From the NCBI RefSeq assembly GCF_009914755.1, contig NC_060940.1: a stretch of 64,000 nt of DNA. One strand, given 5' to 3'. This stretch comes from the human T2T-CHM13v2.0 reference genome, Homo sapiens. Position numbers and translations under genes: made by a program. This document shows, piece by piece, positions 39,001-52,171 of this stretch. The notes beneath the pieces were generated by a model, which did not search any database, had not been told where the DNA came from, and saw nothing but the letters and a program-made list of their open reading frames with translations. How positions within the stretch are numbered: position 1 is the first letter of the stretch; every line of letters starts with the position of its first letter.

Positions 39001-40875
39001 AAGCAATTTTTCATTATCTCATATCAGGAGCAAATGCAGAGAGATGCAGGCTCCTCACCGCATCGTTGGGTGGAGCTGCAGGCCCCAACACAGGGCCCCA
39101 CACAAACTCCGTCTCCTGCTCCTCTGCTGGGGGCTGCTGCCTTCCCCATAATAAAAGAACAGCCTGTGGTAAGAGCAGCAACAATTTATTTGATTAAAAT
39201 GGGCTACTCTGGAGCTATTTTGTGGTATGTTAATAAGTGCTATATCACAGACATTTATTAAATTAGTTTTCATAAATGTCAGCAGTGTTTGCACAGGAAA
39301 TACACCAGTCTAAATGTGGACCAAACTCCGAATTAACTTCCCCCCTCAGGAAAATGGACATTTCTGCCAGGGTGAAGGTGTGCTGGTCAGGTAAGGGCAA
39401 TCATGGGGTGCTCAGAAGTTTAATATCAGCATGGGCCAAACACAGCAGTTTTGGCTCCCAGCAGCCTCCCATAGAGGGAGGATTTGAGGAGGCTGAAAGG
39501 AAGGAAATGACAGAACTCGACACTTCCTTGGAACAAGGCTTCAGCCTTTGGTGTCACAATATTTCACCTTTTCCTTACGTTTGACTCAGCACAAATGGAC
39601 AGAGATTGAGAAAACAGGACACAAGAGGAAGTGGAAATTTCTGCTAGAAGCATCCTAGGTTTGGAAATCAGTGATTCTGTCCTCAGTCGCCTTACAGTTT
39701 CCATGCCGATGGCAAGGCAGGGAGCTTATTGATGAGCCTGTTTCAGGCTTCCAGGCTTAGCCGCACTGAGCCGGGCAACTCTCTGGTGTCTAGGATGTTC
39801 CACCTCTTATCTTCCATGTCTGTTCTGGAAAAACAAGATCTGACCCGTTCCTCTTTGAAGAAACAGACAAAATGAGAACAGCCCCACTCAGATGATTTTC
39901 TGGAGCCGGGGAGATTTTCATCACAGATGCCACAATTCAGAAGAAAACCTAGACCGAGCTCACCTTGGCACGAGGAAGAAATCATCTTTGTATACCTAAT
40001 CAAGAGTGCAGGAAGCTTTAGGGACACCAGGGTGGCAGTGTCACAGCATCACCATGATCTGTTCATCCATTAACCACCCTTACTTTGCAAACTTTGCTTT
40101 CTTTGGTCATTCATGATCCAAGGCATTTTAAATCTCCCGGAAAAAAAAAAATGTTTTCCACTCACACTTTCCATGGAGAGTCCTGGAGTATAACCAGTGA
40201 ATTCAGACAATTTTTCAGAGGGTAACACACGGTTTTTTTTTTTTCTTTCTTTAACCCATTTGACAATTCTCCTGCATCTTCTTCAAGTAAACATACTGCA
40301 AAAGTGACTGTGGCCAGCACCTACAAAACTGCAGGAATCCAATAACACGCCTGTGGATTTGGGAGACAGACTAATACTTTGTGTTCATTCTGACAGAGGC
40401 ACTTGGAAAAAAGAAAATCAATAAGATTGATCCCTCAGATGTGCTGTTTATAGATGTGCATCAGTGTTCTTGTATGGCGAACAAAATGTGTGTCACGTTA
40501 TATGTGATTTTGTGGGCACGAGGCCAACGTGGGACAGGGCACCCACTCCAGGCAGCAGCGACGGCAGACAAAACAACGCGTGAACACAGTCACGTTTCTG
40601 AACACAGTGGCCGCATGTTGACACGCCCTTCCCACGCCAAAAAAACAAGATCAGAAGATGTGGCTTCTTGGCTTTTCTTTTTTATAAGAGTATTTTTATT
40701 TTAGAGAATGTTTAGGTTCACAGCAAAATAGAACAAAAAATAGAGTGATTTTTCAAATCACTGCTGCCCCCCTCCCGCTACGGCCTCCCCCACTAACAAC
40801 CTCCCGCACCAGAGTGGTGCATTGGCCACATCATTACCGCCCAGAGTTTCATCAGGGTTCACTTTAGCTGTTGCT

Positions 40876-41500
<625 letters not shown>

Positions 41501-41867
41501 TGCAGTCTATGGGACTGACAAATGTATAATGACACGTATCCACTATTCTAGTATCACACAGAGCCATGTTCCTGCCCTGAAAACCCTCTGTGCTCTGCCC
41601 ATTCATCCCTCCCTCCCTGCTAGTGCCTGGCAACCGCTGATCTTTTTACTGTCTCCATAGTTTTGGCTTTTCCACAATGTCATGTAGTTGGATTCATACA
41701 GTATGTAGTCTTTTCAGACTGGCTCTTGTCACTTAGTAATATGCATTTGTTTCCTCTACTTTTAGCTTTTACAGATCGGAAGACAGAAACCTCGGAAGGG
41801 AAAATGATAGACATTCTAAACCAGGCCGGAGAAAAGGGAAAGACAGTTAGTAAATGAAGAAAAGTGA

Positions 41868-41994
41868 TTTTTTTTTTTTTTTGAGACAGGTTCTTGCTCT
41901 GTCACCCAGGCTGGAGTGCAATGGCACAATTGTTGGCCGCTGCAACCTTGAGCTCCTGGGCTCAAGCATCCTCCTGTCTCAGCCTCTTGAGTAG
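41868..41994 (-). mobile_element. 5'-truncated AluJ right arm
   Basis: ttgagacaggttcttgctctgtcacccagg...ctcctgggctcaagc. Confidence 0.85.
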
Positions 41995-41997
41995 TGA

Positions 41998-42306
<309 letters not shown>

Positions 42307-42629
42307 TGAGTAGTGAATTCTTAATGAGAGCATGATAAAGTAGAATCACTGTTTATTCTACACCGAGGACAGAGCATTCTGGAAAAATGAAGCCTGAGCT
42401 GATGTGTTATTTTGGGTTTCTCTGCTTTATTTTGTTTTCCTAACCACTCGTTCTAAGAACCTTATTCAGCATATTTCATGGTTGCGAAGAATTAGGTTGA
42501 AAGAAGAAGTGATTTAGTCAATGACGTCAAAGTGAAGGGGCTTTTCCTTTCTGCACGGGCCAGAGGTTTTCTTCTGTTTTTATTAGTGCTCCAATAAAAT
42601 GAAATTCAAAGAAAGCATTTCATTGTCAT

Positions 42630-42870
42630 GGACTCTCTGTAGAGTCCCGGGGACCCCAGAGTCTTGGGTTAAAATGACAGACCTGATTCCCACCTTGACC
42701 ATTTACTGCCTCCAAGACCTTGAGCCAGTCATAGAGATTCAATGAGCCTCTTTCTCTTCATCTTTAAATTGAGGAGACAGCTTGCTCCATGCACTTCTGG
42801 GGTTTAGCAGAGAGTAAGCAGCTGGGCCGTCCCTGGTATATACTTAGTGCTCAGTAGCTGCTAGTTTTAT
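42630..42870 (+). mobile_element. MIR
   Basis: acagacctgattcccacc...gaccttgagccagtc...tgagcctctttctcttcatctttaaatt. Confidence 0.65.
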
Positions 42871-42990
42871 TCATATCCCCATTCCTTTGGGGGGCATATC
42901 TGGCTTTCGGGTGAGTATGATTTAAAACTCATTCACTCACTCATTCAACAATATTTATTGAAGACCTATTATGTTCCAGTTACCATTCTA

Positions 42991-43060
42991 TTATGTTGGT
43001 GCGAAAGTAATTGCAGTTTTTGCTATTAAAAATAATGCAATTACTTTTGCACTAATCTTA
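42991..43060. mobile_element. MADE1 (Hsmar1-derived MITE), small internal deletion
   Basis: ttatgttggtgcgaaagtaattgc ... gcaattacttttgcactaatctta inverted arms, preceded by TA. Confidence 0.88.
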
Positions 43061-43310
43061 TGAACACTCAGCATATATGGAGGAATAAAAGAGGTAAGGT
43101 CTCTGCTGTCATGGAGAGACAGATACTACTCAGTTAAGCAAATAAGGTAACTTCAGATAAGAAGAAAATAAGACAGGTGGAGTGACAAAGTGCCTGGAAG
43201 GGGAAACCAACTAGGATAAGCAGGAAAGGAAACTTTGAGGATGTGATGTCAGTGATGAAAAGCAAGAAGCAGCCAGCCAGGTAAAGCCCAAGAGGGAGGG
43301 GATTCTAAGA

Positions 43311-43498
43311 TAGGGTTGCCAAGTAAAATACAGGGCGTTCAGTTAAGTGTAACATGCACGTGAGCAACATGTTTTAGAATAAGCATATCCCAAATATTGC
43401 ATAGGATGTACCTATACCGCAAGAGTTATCAGTTGTTTATCTGAAATTCAAATTTAACTGGGTGTCCTGTTTTTCATTTGCTAAATCTGGTGAACCTG
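43311..43498. mobile_element. MER53 palindromic MITE
   Basis: tagggttgcc...tcccaaatattgcatagga...gttgtttatctgaaattcaaatttaactgggtgtcctg...gctaaatctgg. Confidence 0.85.
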
Positions 43499-43732
43499 TT
43501 CTAGGGAGAGGGCTCAGCAAGGACCAAGGAGAGGAGGTGGGAATGAATTTGGCTTGTCTGGAGAGCAGCAAGGAGGCCAGCGTGTCCAAGATGTGGAAGA
43601 TGTGATGTGATGTCAGCCCCTCCTATAAGGGCCGTGGAGGCTATGGTGAGGAGTCTGAGCAAATCAAACCCGATGACTTGTGTGTTCCATCCACAGAATT
43701 ATCCAAATCATGAATGGCAGCAAGATCTACCC

Positions 43733-43941
43733 CAGGAGTTGGTGAACTACAGCCTGTGGGCCATTTGTTTTTGTAAATAAAGTTTTATTGGAATACAGTC
43801 ACACTCACTGGTTCACATAATGGCTATAGCTGTTTAGTGTTATAATAGCAGAATTAGGCAGTTTCAACAGAGATAGCATGTCCCACAAAACCTAATATAT
43901 TTGCTATCTGGTCCTTTATAGCAAAAATACACCAACTTCTG
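43733..43941. mobile_element. MER58A
   Basis: caggagttggtgaactacagcctgtgggcc...tttgtaaataaagttttattggaa...atttgctatctggtcctttata. Confidence 0.88.
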
Positions 43942-44640
43942 AATTATGGCCTGCCCAGGAATCAAAGTGCAAGAGCTCCTGGGAACCAGCAACTTAACTG
44001 TATTGAGTTTGAATTTCCCAACCTACTTTTTACCCACCTAACCTAGCCTCCACCTTTCTATTTTGTGATTCATATTCAATCAAAAATTAAATTCTTAGAT
44101 AGATGCTTGAAAACAGTCATGTCTTCAGGTTCTCGAGTCTGGTACTAAAATGGAAAGAAAACCAATTTGTTTCCACCATGAATCTTAATAGGGTTAAGAT
44201 TCATTAGCCTGCTACAACACAATAATAAATGAAAACAGTTCTTATTTCATAGGTTTTCACCCATTAAGATTATTACTTTCTCTGCTAAGAGGTGCAGACA
44301 AGACATCAACACGCACTGCTAGGTATTTATAGTTTACACAAACCACATGGTCGTCAAGGCAGGGCTTATGCAAAATTATCTGGTTGCAAGAGCTGGCCTT
44401 GGAAGGAAAGGGCAAGATTTTGCAAACACCCTGTTTGTCTGAAGGAAAATAAAATAATAATGAAGCTTTGCCGAGATGTTGAAAAATCATGCATTTAAAA
44501 GTTACCACTAAGAAACAGAAACAAAGTGACATGGTAGAGTCCACAGACTGGAATTCGAATTCAATACCACCGGCCAGCTTGAGAAAGCTTGGTAAGCTAA
44601 GTTTGGGTTTCTTTCTCCATCAAATGAAAACAGTCCTCTC

Positions 44641-44893
44641 TAAGGTTGCATTATGGCTTCTGCGGGCCTGGGCACTTTTGCCTGTGTGATCCCCCTCCTT
44701 GATTAAAAAAATTAGAAGTTATATTTTATGACTGCATTGGTATAAGAACAGATATAATCCAGGCTGAATTCTATTCATTTGTTTCTTCTGATTTTTAAAG
44801 GAAATTTAAATGTTTCCATGTTTCTGTGAGCCCCTGAATGTGTCCTGGGACCTGGGCACTGTGTTTACTGCAAATGCTGGAGTAGCCAGCTGG
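44641..44893. mobile_element. ORSL-like hAT-Tip100 element
   Basis: gcattatggcttctgcgggcctgggcacttttgcc...atattttatgactgcattggtataa...ttcttctgattttt...gggacctgggcactgtg. Confidence 0.6.
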
Positions 44894-45089
44894 ATCCTAC
44901 CAACCTCCAGGAGTGCTGTGAGACTGTTGGAAAGATGGTGTTAAACAACAACAACAAAAATCCTGCTGCATAACCAACTCTGCATGGCTGTTGTTGGTTC
45001 TATCCTGATATACCTATGCTTTAAAAACCAGAACATTTCATGTTCTAGCCAATTTGTTGAATGGATGCAAAATATAATATGCTCCTATC

Positions 45090-45555
45090 CAAGTCCCAAT
45101 ATCTACATATTTTCATTATGAAAAATAAGAAGAATATAGATGAACACAGGAGAAAATACAAATTATTCATCATATGCCACCACCCAGAAAGGACACTGCT
45201 TCCCCTTGAAGGTATACTCTGATGCTCTTTGCTTAGAGAAGGTGATTTTTTTTGTTGTTTTACTAGCACACAAACATACTCTACACAATTTTTATCGTAG
45301 CCTTTTTCCCCATATACCCAAAGATGATGAATACTTTTCATCGTATTAATTATTCTGTTATGATCTATTTAATGATATTATAATATTTCATATTGCAAAT
45401 GTATTCATATCTATTTATATGATCTCTTCTCATGGTACATTCCCATCTATTTGATTAATTTATCATGATAGTATTGTGATGGAGGTTCCTGTGGCTACAT
45501 CTTTTTGTGTCACTCCATGATGTCTTTTTTTTATTTTTAAAATGAAATTCCCTTG
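45090..45555 (-). mobile_element. Old L1ME-type 3' fragment
   Basis: AT-rich antisense L1M-like text (taatatttcatattgcaaatgtattcat...gtattgtgatggaggttcctgtggctacatc). Confidence 0.45.
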
Positions 45556-45929
45556 GGCTTTATGCTATCTGGAGTGTGGCCTCTATGGGTAAAAAAAAGA
45601 TCTTACTACATTGTTTGCATGAAAACATCCGCAGAGATAAAAGGCACAATTTGTGGCCTAGGAACTCTAGCAAACTCAGTGTTCAGGGCAGGAGGTTTCT
45701 CTCTGTCTTGGGGTGGGAACTGATTGGAAAAGTTGAATAAAGTTCTTCTTTCTTTTCTCACTCGAGTTTAAAACATAGTTGCTATGAAAATCAGTTAATA
45801 CCCAAATAATGGATTAGGTATTTGCCATCATTAAAACCAAACCAAACCAAACCAAATCACCATCAATTCATATATGGAGCATCAATTTAGATTTTTTTTT
45901 TTTTTTTGAGACGGAGTCTCCCTCTTTTT

Positions 45930-46100
45930 TTCTGACTTACTCTGTACCCAGCACTGTGCTAGCTACATTCCTATCTAATTCAGTCCTTCCAATCCTGTGG
46001 GCTGCAGGTATTACTTTTCCAGTTTTACAGAGAAGGAACATTGCACACAGACTTTGTGCAGCATTCTCACCTCATATGTGGTAGAATCAAGATTTAGCTT
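45930..46100 (-). mobile_element. MIR
   Basis: cttactctgtacccagcactgtgctagc...ttccagttttacagagaaggaa. Confidence 0.7.
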
Positions 46101-46152
46101 CACAAATTTCATAACTACAGCAAAATCAGGAGCAACATTCAGATTCTAAGTT

Positions 46153-46454
<302 letters not shown>

Positions 46455-46464
46455 TTAACATCTT

Positions 46465-46680
46465 CACTGAGGTGGAAAATACATGCCGGATTTCGAAGAC
46501 TTGGTAGGAAAACAGAACCTAAAATATCTGGTCCATAATTTTTCTGCTGATTACATGACATGATAATACCTTAGCTATATTGGGTCAAATATAATCATGA
46601 ATTCTCTAACTGTTTCTTTTTACTTTCTTTTTTTATTCGTTGTTGAATATAGCTAATAGAACTGTGACAATTACATAAGA
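46465..46680 (-). mobile_element. MER33 fragment
   Basis: aaaatacatgccggatttcgaagacttggtagg...tgattacatg...atattgggtcaaat. Confidence 0.75.
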
Positions 46681-46699
46681 GTATTTGTTATCTTACATA

Positions 46700-47310
46700 G
46701 CCCAGTCTCTATTCCCTCATACTGTTAGTTTCTTACTAAACATTTTCCTTAGGATCCAGCCCTACCACATGCTCAGTTTACCTGTATCAGGTGAGACTCT
46801 GCAGCCAGCTACAGAGTCAAGTGTGTGACCCAGGCCTGACCAAACAGAACACAGATTCCCCGAGCCAACATTGGTGAGTCCCCTGAGCCAGCCTAGCTAT
46901 TCGCCATTGTTCCATCCTCGTGGTCACAGAGATTGATTCACAGAAGGACATGTAGCTTAGTTTAATCTAGGCAAAGTGAATTCATAAACTCAAATGGAAG
47001 GTTTAGACAAAGGGTGGTTTTTCCCTCTGGGTCTGTTAGCAGGAAGGCTGGCGTGAGCCCGGAGTGCTGGGGCCAACACATAGGGTGTATAATAAAATCC
47101 CACAATGAAGCTGACATAAAAGATAGGCAGGGCTGAGAGGTGCAGGAAAACAATTCTAACGACATTCTTTGTGTGCCTGAATCAAACCGCACCTGAAGCC
47201 AGCTACATCTGGATTGCTGAACTGCAGAAGTCACTAAATTATCTTGGTTTCTGCTCAAGCCAAATTGAACCATATCTCCATTGCTGCACCGAAAAGTCCA
47301 GAGTGACGCT
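46700..47310 (+). mobile_element. MLT1J/K-like old MaLR LTR
   Basis: tgtgacccaggcctgaccaa...ggtcacagagattgattca...cctgaatcaaaccgcacctgaagccag...gctcaagccaaattga. Confidence 0.7.
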
Positions 47311-47869
47311 CCCACTCCTAATCTGTTGTGAGGACCACACGTGATAATGAGTAGGAAACTCTTAGGAAATTATCCACCTTTACACATGTTAAATTATCAC
47401 TGTGGTTTTAGAAAAGAAAACATAAATGTGAGGAGTAGGCAAATGGAAGAGCTGCCACAATCAATGATCCAGAGGCAAGTCAGAGCCCATGTTTGGAAAG
47501 AACCTGGTTCAGATCGCTTAGGGGTATCTCCTCTGGCTGCCACCAAGGGCACTTTGCTTGTCCACCTGCCATATCTTGGGGTGCCCCAAACATATGCTGC
47601 TACATCAACAGGGCTTGAACAGCCCCATTAATCGGTGATGTCTACCTAGTTCTTTAAGCACACGATTCTGTTGTTACTTATTCATTTACTCATTCATTTG
47701 CCTATTTATTTATTTGGAGTAGTGATGTTGGCTCAGTGACTTGGGACTGTGTTTGGAGAGCTGGCGTGCATTGGCAGCTGGGCGCTGCTCTCTGGTCAGG
47801 CTACTTCTTTCTCAGGGTGCACAGCGAGGAATGCTCCCTCCCTTACCCCGAAGGCCCTCTCAAATCGCT

Positions 47870-48190
47870 CTCCATTTTCTCTTCCTCCACTTTCTGCCTC
47901 TCCTTTAAGGATCTGCTTGCCTGGAAAGCCGTTCCTGATAGCCCTGTACTGGCCCAGTATTCTCCTCTGAATTCCGCATCCCAGCCTCCATTACACCTAG
48001 TTGTAATTGCTCTGCTCGTTGGTATAGCTGGCTTTCCATTAGACCATGCACGGCCTCCTTGTGAGAAAGAATCTGATTTTATACAGCTCTGTGCCTCCAG
48101 GACTTAGACTTCAATGGCTGGAACCTAGGGGATGCTTAACAGATACAAAATGAATAAATGAATGGAGTGTGAATGAATAAGTGAAGGAGG
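47870..48190 (+). mobile_element. L2 3' end
   Basis: cctggaaagccgttcctga...gttgtaattgctctgc...ggctggaacctaggggatgcttaac...tgaataaatgaatg. Confidence 0.7.
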
Positions 48191-48242
48191 GACACCCTTG
48201 ATTGCTCATAGCTTCCAACTTGCCTCAAAGCTTTTCTGTTGT

Positions 48243-48350
48243 AAACCTGGGAGGTGGAGCTTGCAGTGAGCCGAGATCGCGCCACTGCACTCTAGCCCAG
48301 GCGACAGAGTGAGACACCGACTCAAATTAAAAAAAAAAAAAAAAAAAAAA
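48243..48350 (+). mobile_element. 5'-truncated AluY (~80 bp + poly A)
   Basis: ggagcttgcagtgagccgagatcgcgccactg; TSD aaagcttttctg(t/c)tgt(a/g)aa at 48227-48245 and 48348-48366. Confidence 0.92.
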
Positions 48351-48784
48351 GCTTTTCTGCTGTGAAGCAACTTCCAAGAGGCTCTACTGATGTTTAAAAA
48401 GCACAGCTCTAAGTGAAATAGATGGAGTGTCTTTCAGCTACCCTCACCTCCTCCACCTGCAGCTAAAGATGTAGGGGGGTTCCCAGTCTCCCCTCCAATC
48501 TTGTAGATGGCATTGAGCATCCCAGGCAAGGGCCCAGCTTCTGAGTCTCACCCCTGGGGGTGGCAAGCACACACTGATGTTTAGGTCCCTTTTCTGCAGC
48601 CACCTCTAGCTGACCCCCAGCTCAACACCCAGCTGTGTCAAGGACAATGTTGCACGGGACGTGGTGTCCTGTTGCTCCCTTGGAGTCCCAAACTGGCATT
48701 TTCCTTTCAATTTGGGGCGAGGAGATAGAGAGAGACAGAGAGACAGAGAGAGAGAAAGAGACTCTTCCTTCTTCCTAAAGGTCA

Positions 48785-49116
<332 letters not shown>

Positions 49117-51469
49117 GAAAGGGAGAGGACCATCCTTGAGGTTACCAGAGGCCAATGGCATAGCTGCAATTACAAAAGCTCCGGTGATGGACAGGGCAAC
49201 GGAGGCTCCACAGAATGCCTGAATAAGTCGCTCTGGAAATAGTTCATTTCGAGTCCATCCTTGGGCAAGCATGAGGCTAGGATGTGCTGTAAGCAATGCG
49301 GATGTCTTTAAATGCCGATTGGAGGTAATTACGTTGGGAGCAGGAACCTTTATAAGCTTTGTTTTGGCACATCCGTGGGAGGGCTACCTTGAGGACTGAC
49401 TCAGGAACATCTTTTCCCAGAATTAAGGCTTAACTCTGAGCCTCACGCTAGACTGGCCTATCTCTGGGCGAGTTCGTATTATTCCGTAATGAGCCAATAC
49501 AAATATCCTGCCCTGCCCATGGGTCTGCTACCTGCTGGCAGAGAATTAACAGGCTGGGGCTGCAGACACAAAGCAGGGGACCGACGGAGGGATACTTTCT
49601 GCTCTTTTGTGTGCCTCCTCTTTCTCTCTCTGCTTCATCTACGCAGCGTTTTCTGTCCCTTGGCAGTAGACCTCCCCTCTGAGGAGCGCCGTGCCTCCCT
49701 CGCCTGATGCCACAAGATTAAGCAATTTGCTTTTAATTAGGACTGCAGTCATTTCCAAAGGAAGCAGCAGAGAGAGGGAGGCAGGCTGGCTCTTTACAGT
49801 TGACGTGGATTCGCTGTGCATGGTGAATTCAGACCCCACTGTGAGCAGCAAAGTTGAGCTCCTTGTCCCTGGTTTCTCGGGCTCCTCTCCCAGGGTGTGT
49901 AAGCCTCCACTCCCATGCACCAGTGAACAGAGGCATTAGAGGGAGTTGCTGGAAAAGGAAAAAAACATGACCCCTTTGGATTCCTTGTGTCTGGTGCTGA
50001 AATCCTATCCAGACAGTTTATTGGACCTGTGCTTTCTGCACTTGCCTGGTGCTGTGGTGTACGCAACATTCCAGTACTTTTCCCTCCAGCCTAACCCCCC
50101 AGGAAAGGTGTCACCATAATTTGTAGGTCTTGCTGGATGAATCTAAACAGCTTTCCGAGGGCTACCGGGTGGAGCAAAGAGAGGAAAAAGGGCAGGAATA
50201 CAGGCTGTGTGACATAGATCCTACCGACATCTTCTACCCTGGAGTTCTGGGCTGGGGACCAAAGTCTTCTGCCTTGCTCTGGTTCCAGGCCAGGCATCCA
50301 CCCCGGGGCCCCTTCATTCTGGAAGCCAAAAACTGGAGCTTCAACCCAGCCTCCCGCTTCAGCTCTCCACTCACTGCTCCCTTCTCCCTGCATCCTCACA
50401 TTTTATGACGGTAATTGGAAAGGAAAGAAAGGTAGCGCTTTGTTTACAATGCAATTAACATCTGCATAATTTACTAGGAAATAAGCTGGAGCTATATTGA
50501 GCACGTAGAGCCTGCTCCGTTTGGAAAGCCAGCTTGAAGTCCTCAGGGCAGGGCTGCGTCTGCACCTTCCCCCGGGCTGAGCAGGGTCTTCCCGTCAAGA
50601 CAACTAGCCACCGCAGGTGTCAACACCTCGGACGCTTTTGACAAACACCAACTGGAAATTTTCTCCAAAAGACACACTCCCTGATTTAGGCTGTCACTCC
50701 GCAGAACTGTTTCTGCTCTCAGCTCCAGTGCCTCCTCATTCCTGGCTCATTTCCCTCTCCCCACCTAGGGCAACTCACTTCCAGCTGGCCCCTCTGCCCG
50801 GCACACGGCAGGCACAGAGCACATTTGCAGGAAATGTCTGCTGAATTGGGAAAATGAGAGGCCCAGGCCTGGTGTTGGTGGAGAGGAAGCCTGGCAGGGG
50901 AGAGGGTGCCTTCTGTGTCAAAAGTGCCCGGCTAGGCCTGCAGCTGGTGCTGATTTGTGCTTCTACTTCAATACATAAAGCCCAGTCCTTCTCCATCAGG
51001 GTGAGCACGGCCCCCAGTCCCTGTCTGCCTTTTACACGCATAGCTTTTCTGTGTTTTGCCCTCTGCTCTTGGCCTCAGCACCCTTTCTTTCTCTCTGCTG
51101 TCAAACATTTTAGGAAAGTAAATGACACTTTGCATTTTAAGTATATCCAAGAACTTGGGTTGGGGCAGTGGGGAATTCTTCCTGGGAACAGGGTGACAGG
51201 GAAGAGACTTCCCTCTTTTCTACTAGCTCTGGACAACATGGCTGAAATCCATGTAGGTGAATAGTTCCTTTGTGTGACATCCTGGGGACCTGCAGATCAT
51301 TTTCTTTGAATCAGAACAGGGCAAAAGGAGCCACCACTGCCTCCACACCAGGGTACACAGCTTGGGGATTCATGTGCAGGCTGGATTTCCATCCTCACCC
51401 CATCCCTCAACCAAGCATTTTTGTGCAGTGAACAACCTACTCAACCATACACAGCAGCCTGGGTACCTA

Positions 51470-51690
51470 GTAAAGGAAGGCAGCGTGGTGATGAGCCCCA
51501 TGTCCCGAGTTCTGATACTTAGGCTGCTGAGGACAGAAGTTAAAGAGTTAAGGGCCATGAAACCTGCAATCTGGATTTGAATTCCACTTAGACCATACAC
51601 TAACCAAATAACATTAAGCAAGTTATTTAACTTCTCAGCACCTCAGTTTTGTTATCAGTGTAGTGGGCTTGAAATAGGTCTTAATACCGT
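51470..51690 (+). mobile_element. MIR
   Basis: tggatttgaattcc...aagcaagttatttaacttctcagcacctcagtttt. Confidence 0.7.
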
Positions 51691-52171
51691 ACATACATAC
51701 ACTGTGCATCTTATTAAGTATTTAAATATTCCTGGGTTCTTTACTCATTGGTAAGTTTGAGCAAATCATTTCATCTCTTTGGGTCTCAGTTTCTCTATAT
51801 TCAAAGAAGGATTTTATTCACAGTGCCATTTGAAAGTTATAATTGGAGACATTTACTAAATCTGTGAATCACTGTGTCCTTCTTCCCTGACGAATGCTAA
51901 CCTGTGTTTTCCGACTCAAAGGCGCCACTTTGATAAACCTCCCGTGATTTCATTTGCATCACTAGCAGGGACAGTTGAAAAGATCAGGACTTTTCTGCAC
52001 AGAGAAACATGATTTTCTGGTACTAGTTCTTGTGGAAAGGGATCCTGAGAGGGAATCACAAAACCACATGGCAAGTGAATGCTCAGCAGGACTTTGTTTC
52101 CTTAGCAAGTGTTACAGGTTGAATTGCCACCTTTCCCTCGTATGCCTATGCTGAAGACTGAGCTGCCAGTA

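Larger units (their letters stand above)
42925..43660 (-). mobile_element. L2 hosting MADE1 and MER53
   Basis: cattcactcactcattcaacaatatttattgaagacctattatgttccag...ggtctctgctgtcatggag...aaggaggccagcgtg. Confidence 0.8.

Noticed and set aside
38803-39261. 152-aa ORF in unique DNA
   Set aside because: No recognisable domain or coding-like composition; length is attainable by chance, and the region looks regulatory
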